Of a DNA stretch of 64,000 bases, positions 63,982 to 64,000 are shown in pieces. A program made the translations under genes and the position numbers. This DNA is from Octopus sinensis (lineage: Eukaryota). The stretch lies in assembly GCF_006345805.1 (NCBI RefSeq), contig NC_043009.1, positions 36,642,001 to 36,706,000 of the forward strand, read 5' to 3'. The number at the start of each line of letters is the position of its first letter. The stretch's first letter is position 1. Under the pieces are notes generated by a model. The model did not search any database, was not told the origin of the DNA, and saw nothing but the letters and a program-made list of their open reading frames with translations.

Positions 63982-64000
63982 TATATTCACGCCTCCATCG

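Overview
AT-rich animal genomic DNA, almost certainly from an octopus (Octopus sp.). This is inferred from the SINE/RTE repeat complement and dense (TA)n/(CA)n/(GAT)n microsatellites, not from a database hit. Two head-to-head housekeeping genes are visible. GTF2H1 (TFIIH p62) is on the minus strand: first coding exon 2334-2487, the rest outside the window. UCKL1 (uridine-cytidine kinase-like 1) is complete on the plus strand: 13 coding exons, 17035-45253, 1554 nt, 517 aa, all GT-AG and phase-consistent. The two genes share a putative bidirectional promoter at about 12.05-12.83 kb. The remainder is introns and intergenic DNA full of decayed RTE and CR1-group LINEs, three tRNA-derived SINE families, mariner/pogo/hAT/piggyBac-type DNA elements and MITEs, and a 1.7 kb TA satellite. 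The most interesting unannotated signals are: (1) minimal Penelope-type hammerhead ribozyme motifs in UCKL1 introns, one with a compensatory G3:C8 core swap and one embedded in a 241-bp palindrome; (2) UCKL1 codons at otherwise conserved Arg/Gly positions that A-to-I editing could restore; (3) inverted SINEs bracketing an in-frame three-exon block; (4) a full-length but dead DD35D Passer/POGK-like pogo element. No prokaryotic system, CRISPR array, tRNA or rRNA gene was found. Alignments and homologue sequences were done by eye and from memory, and repeat boundaries are approximate.
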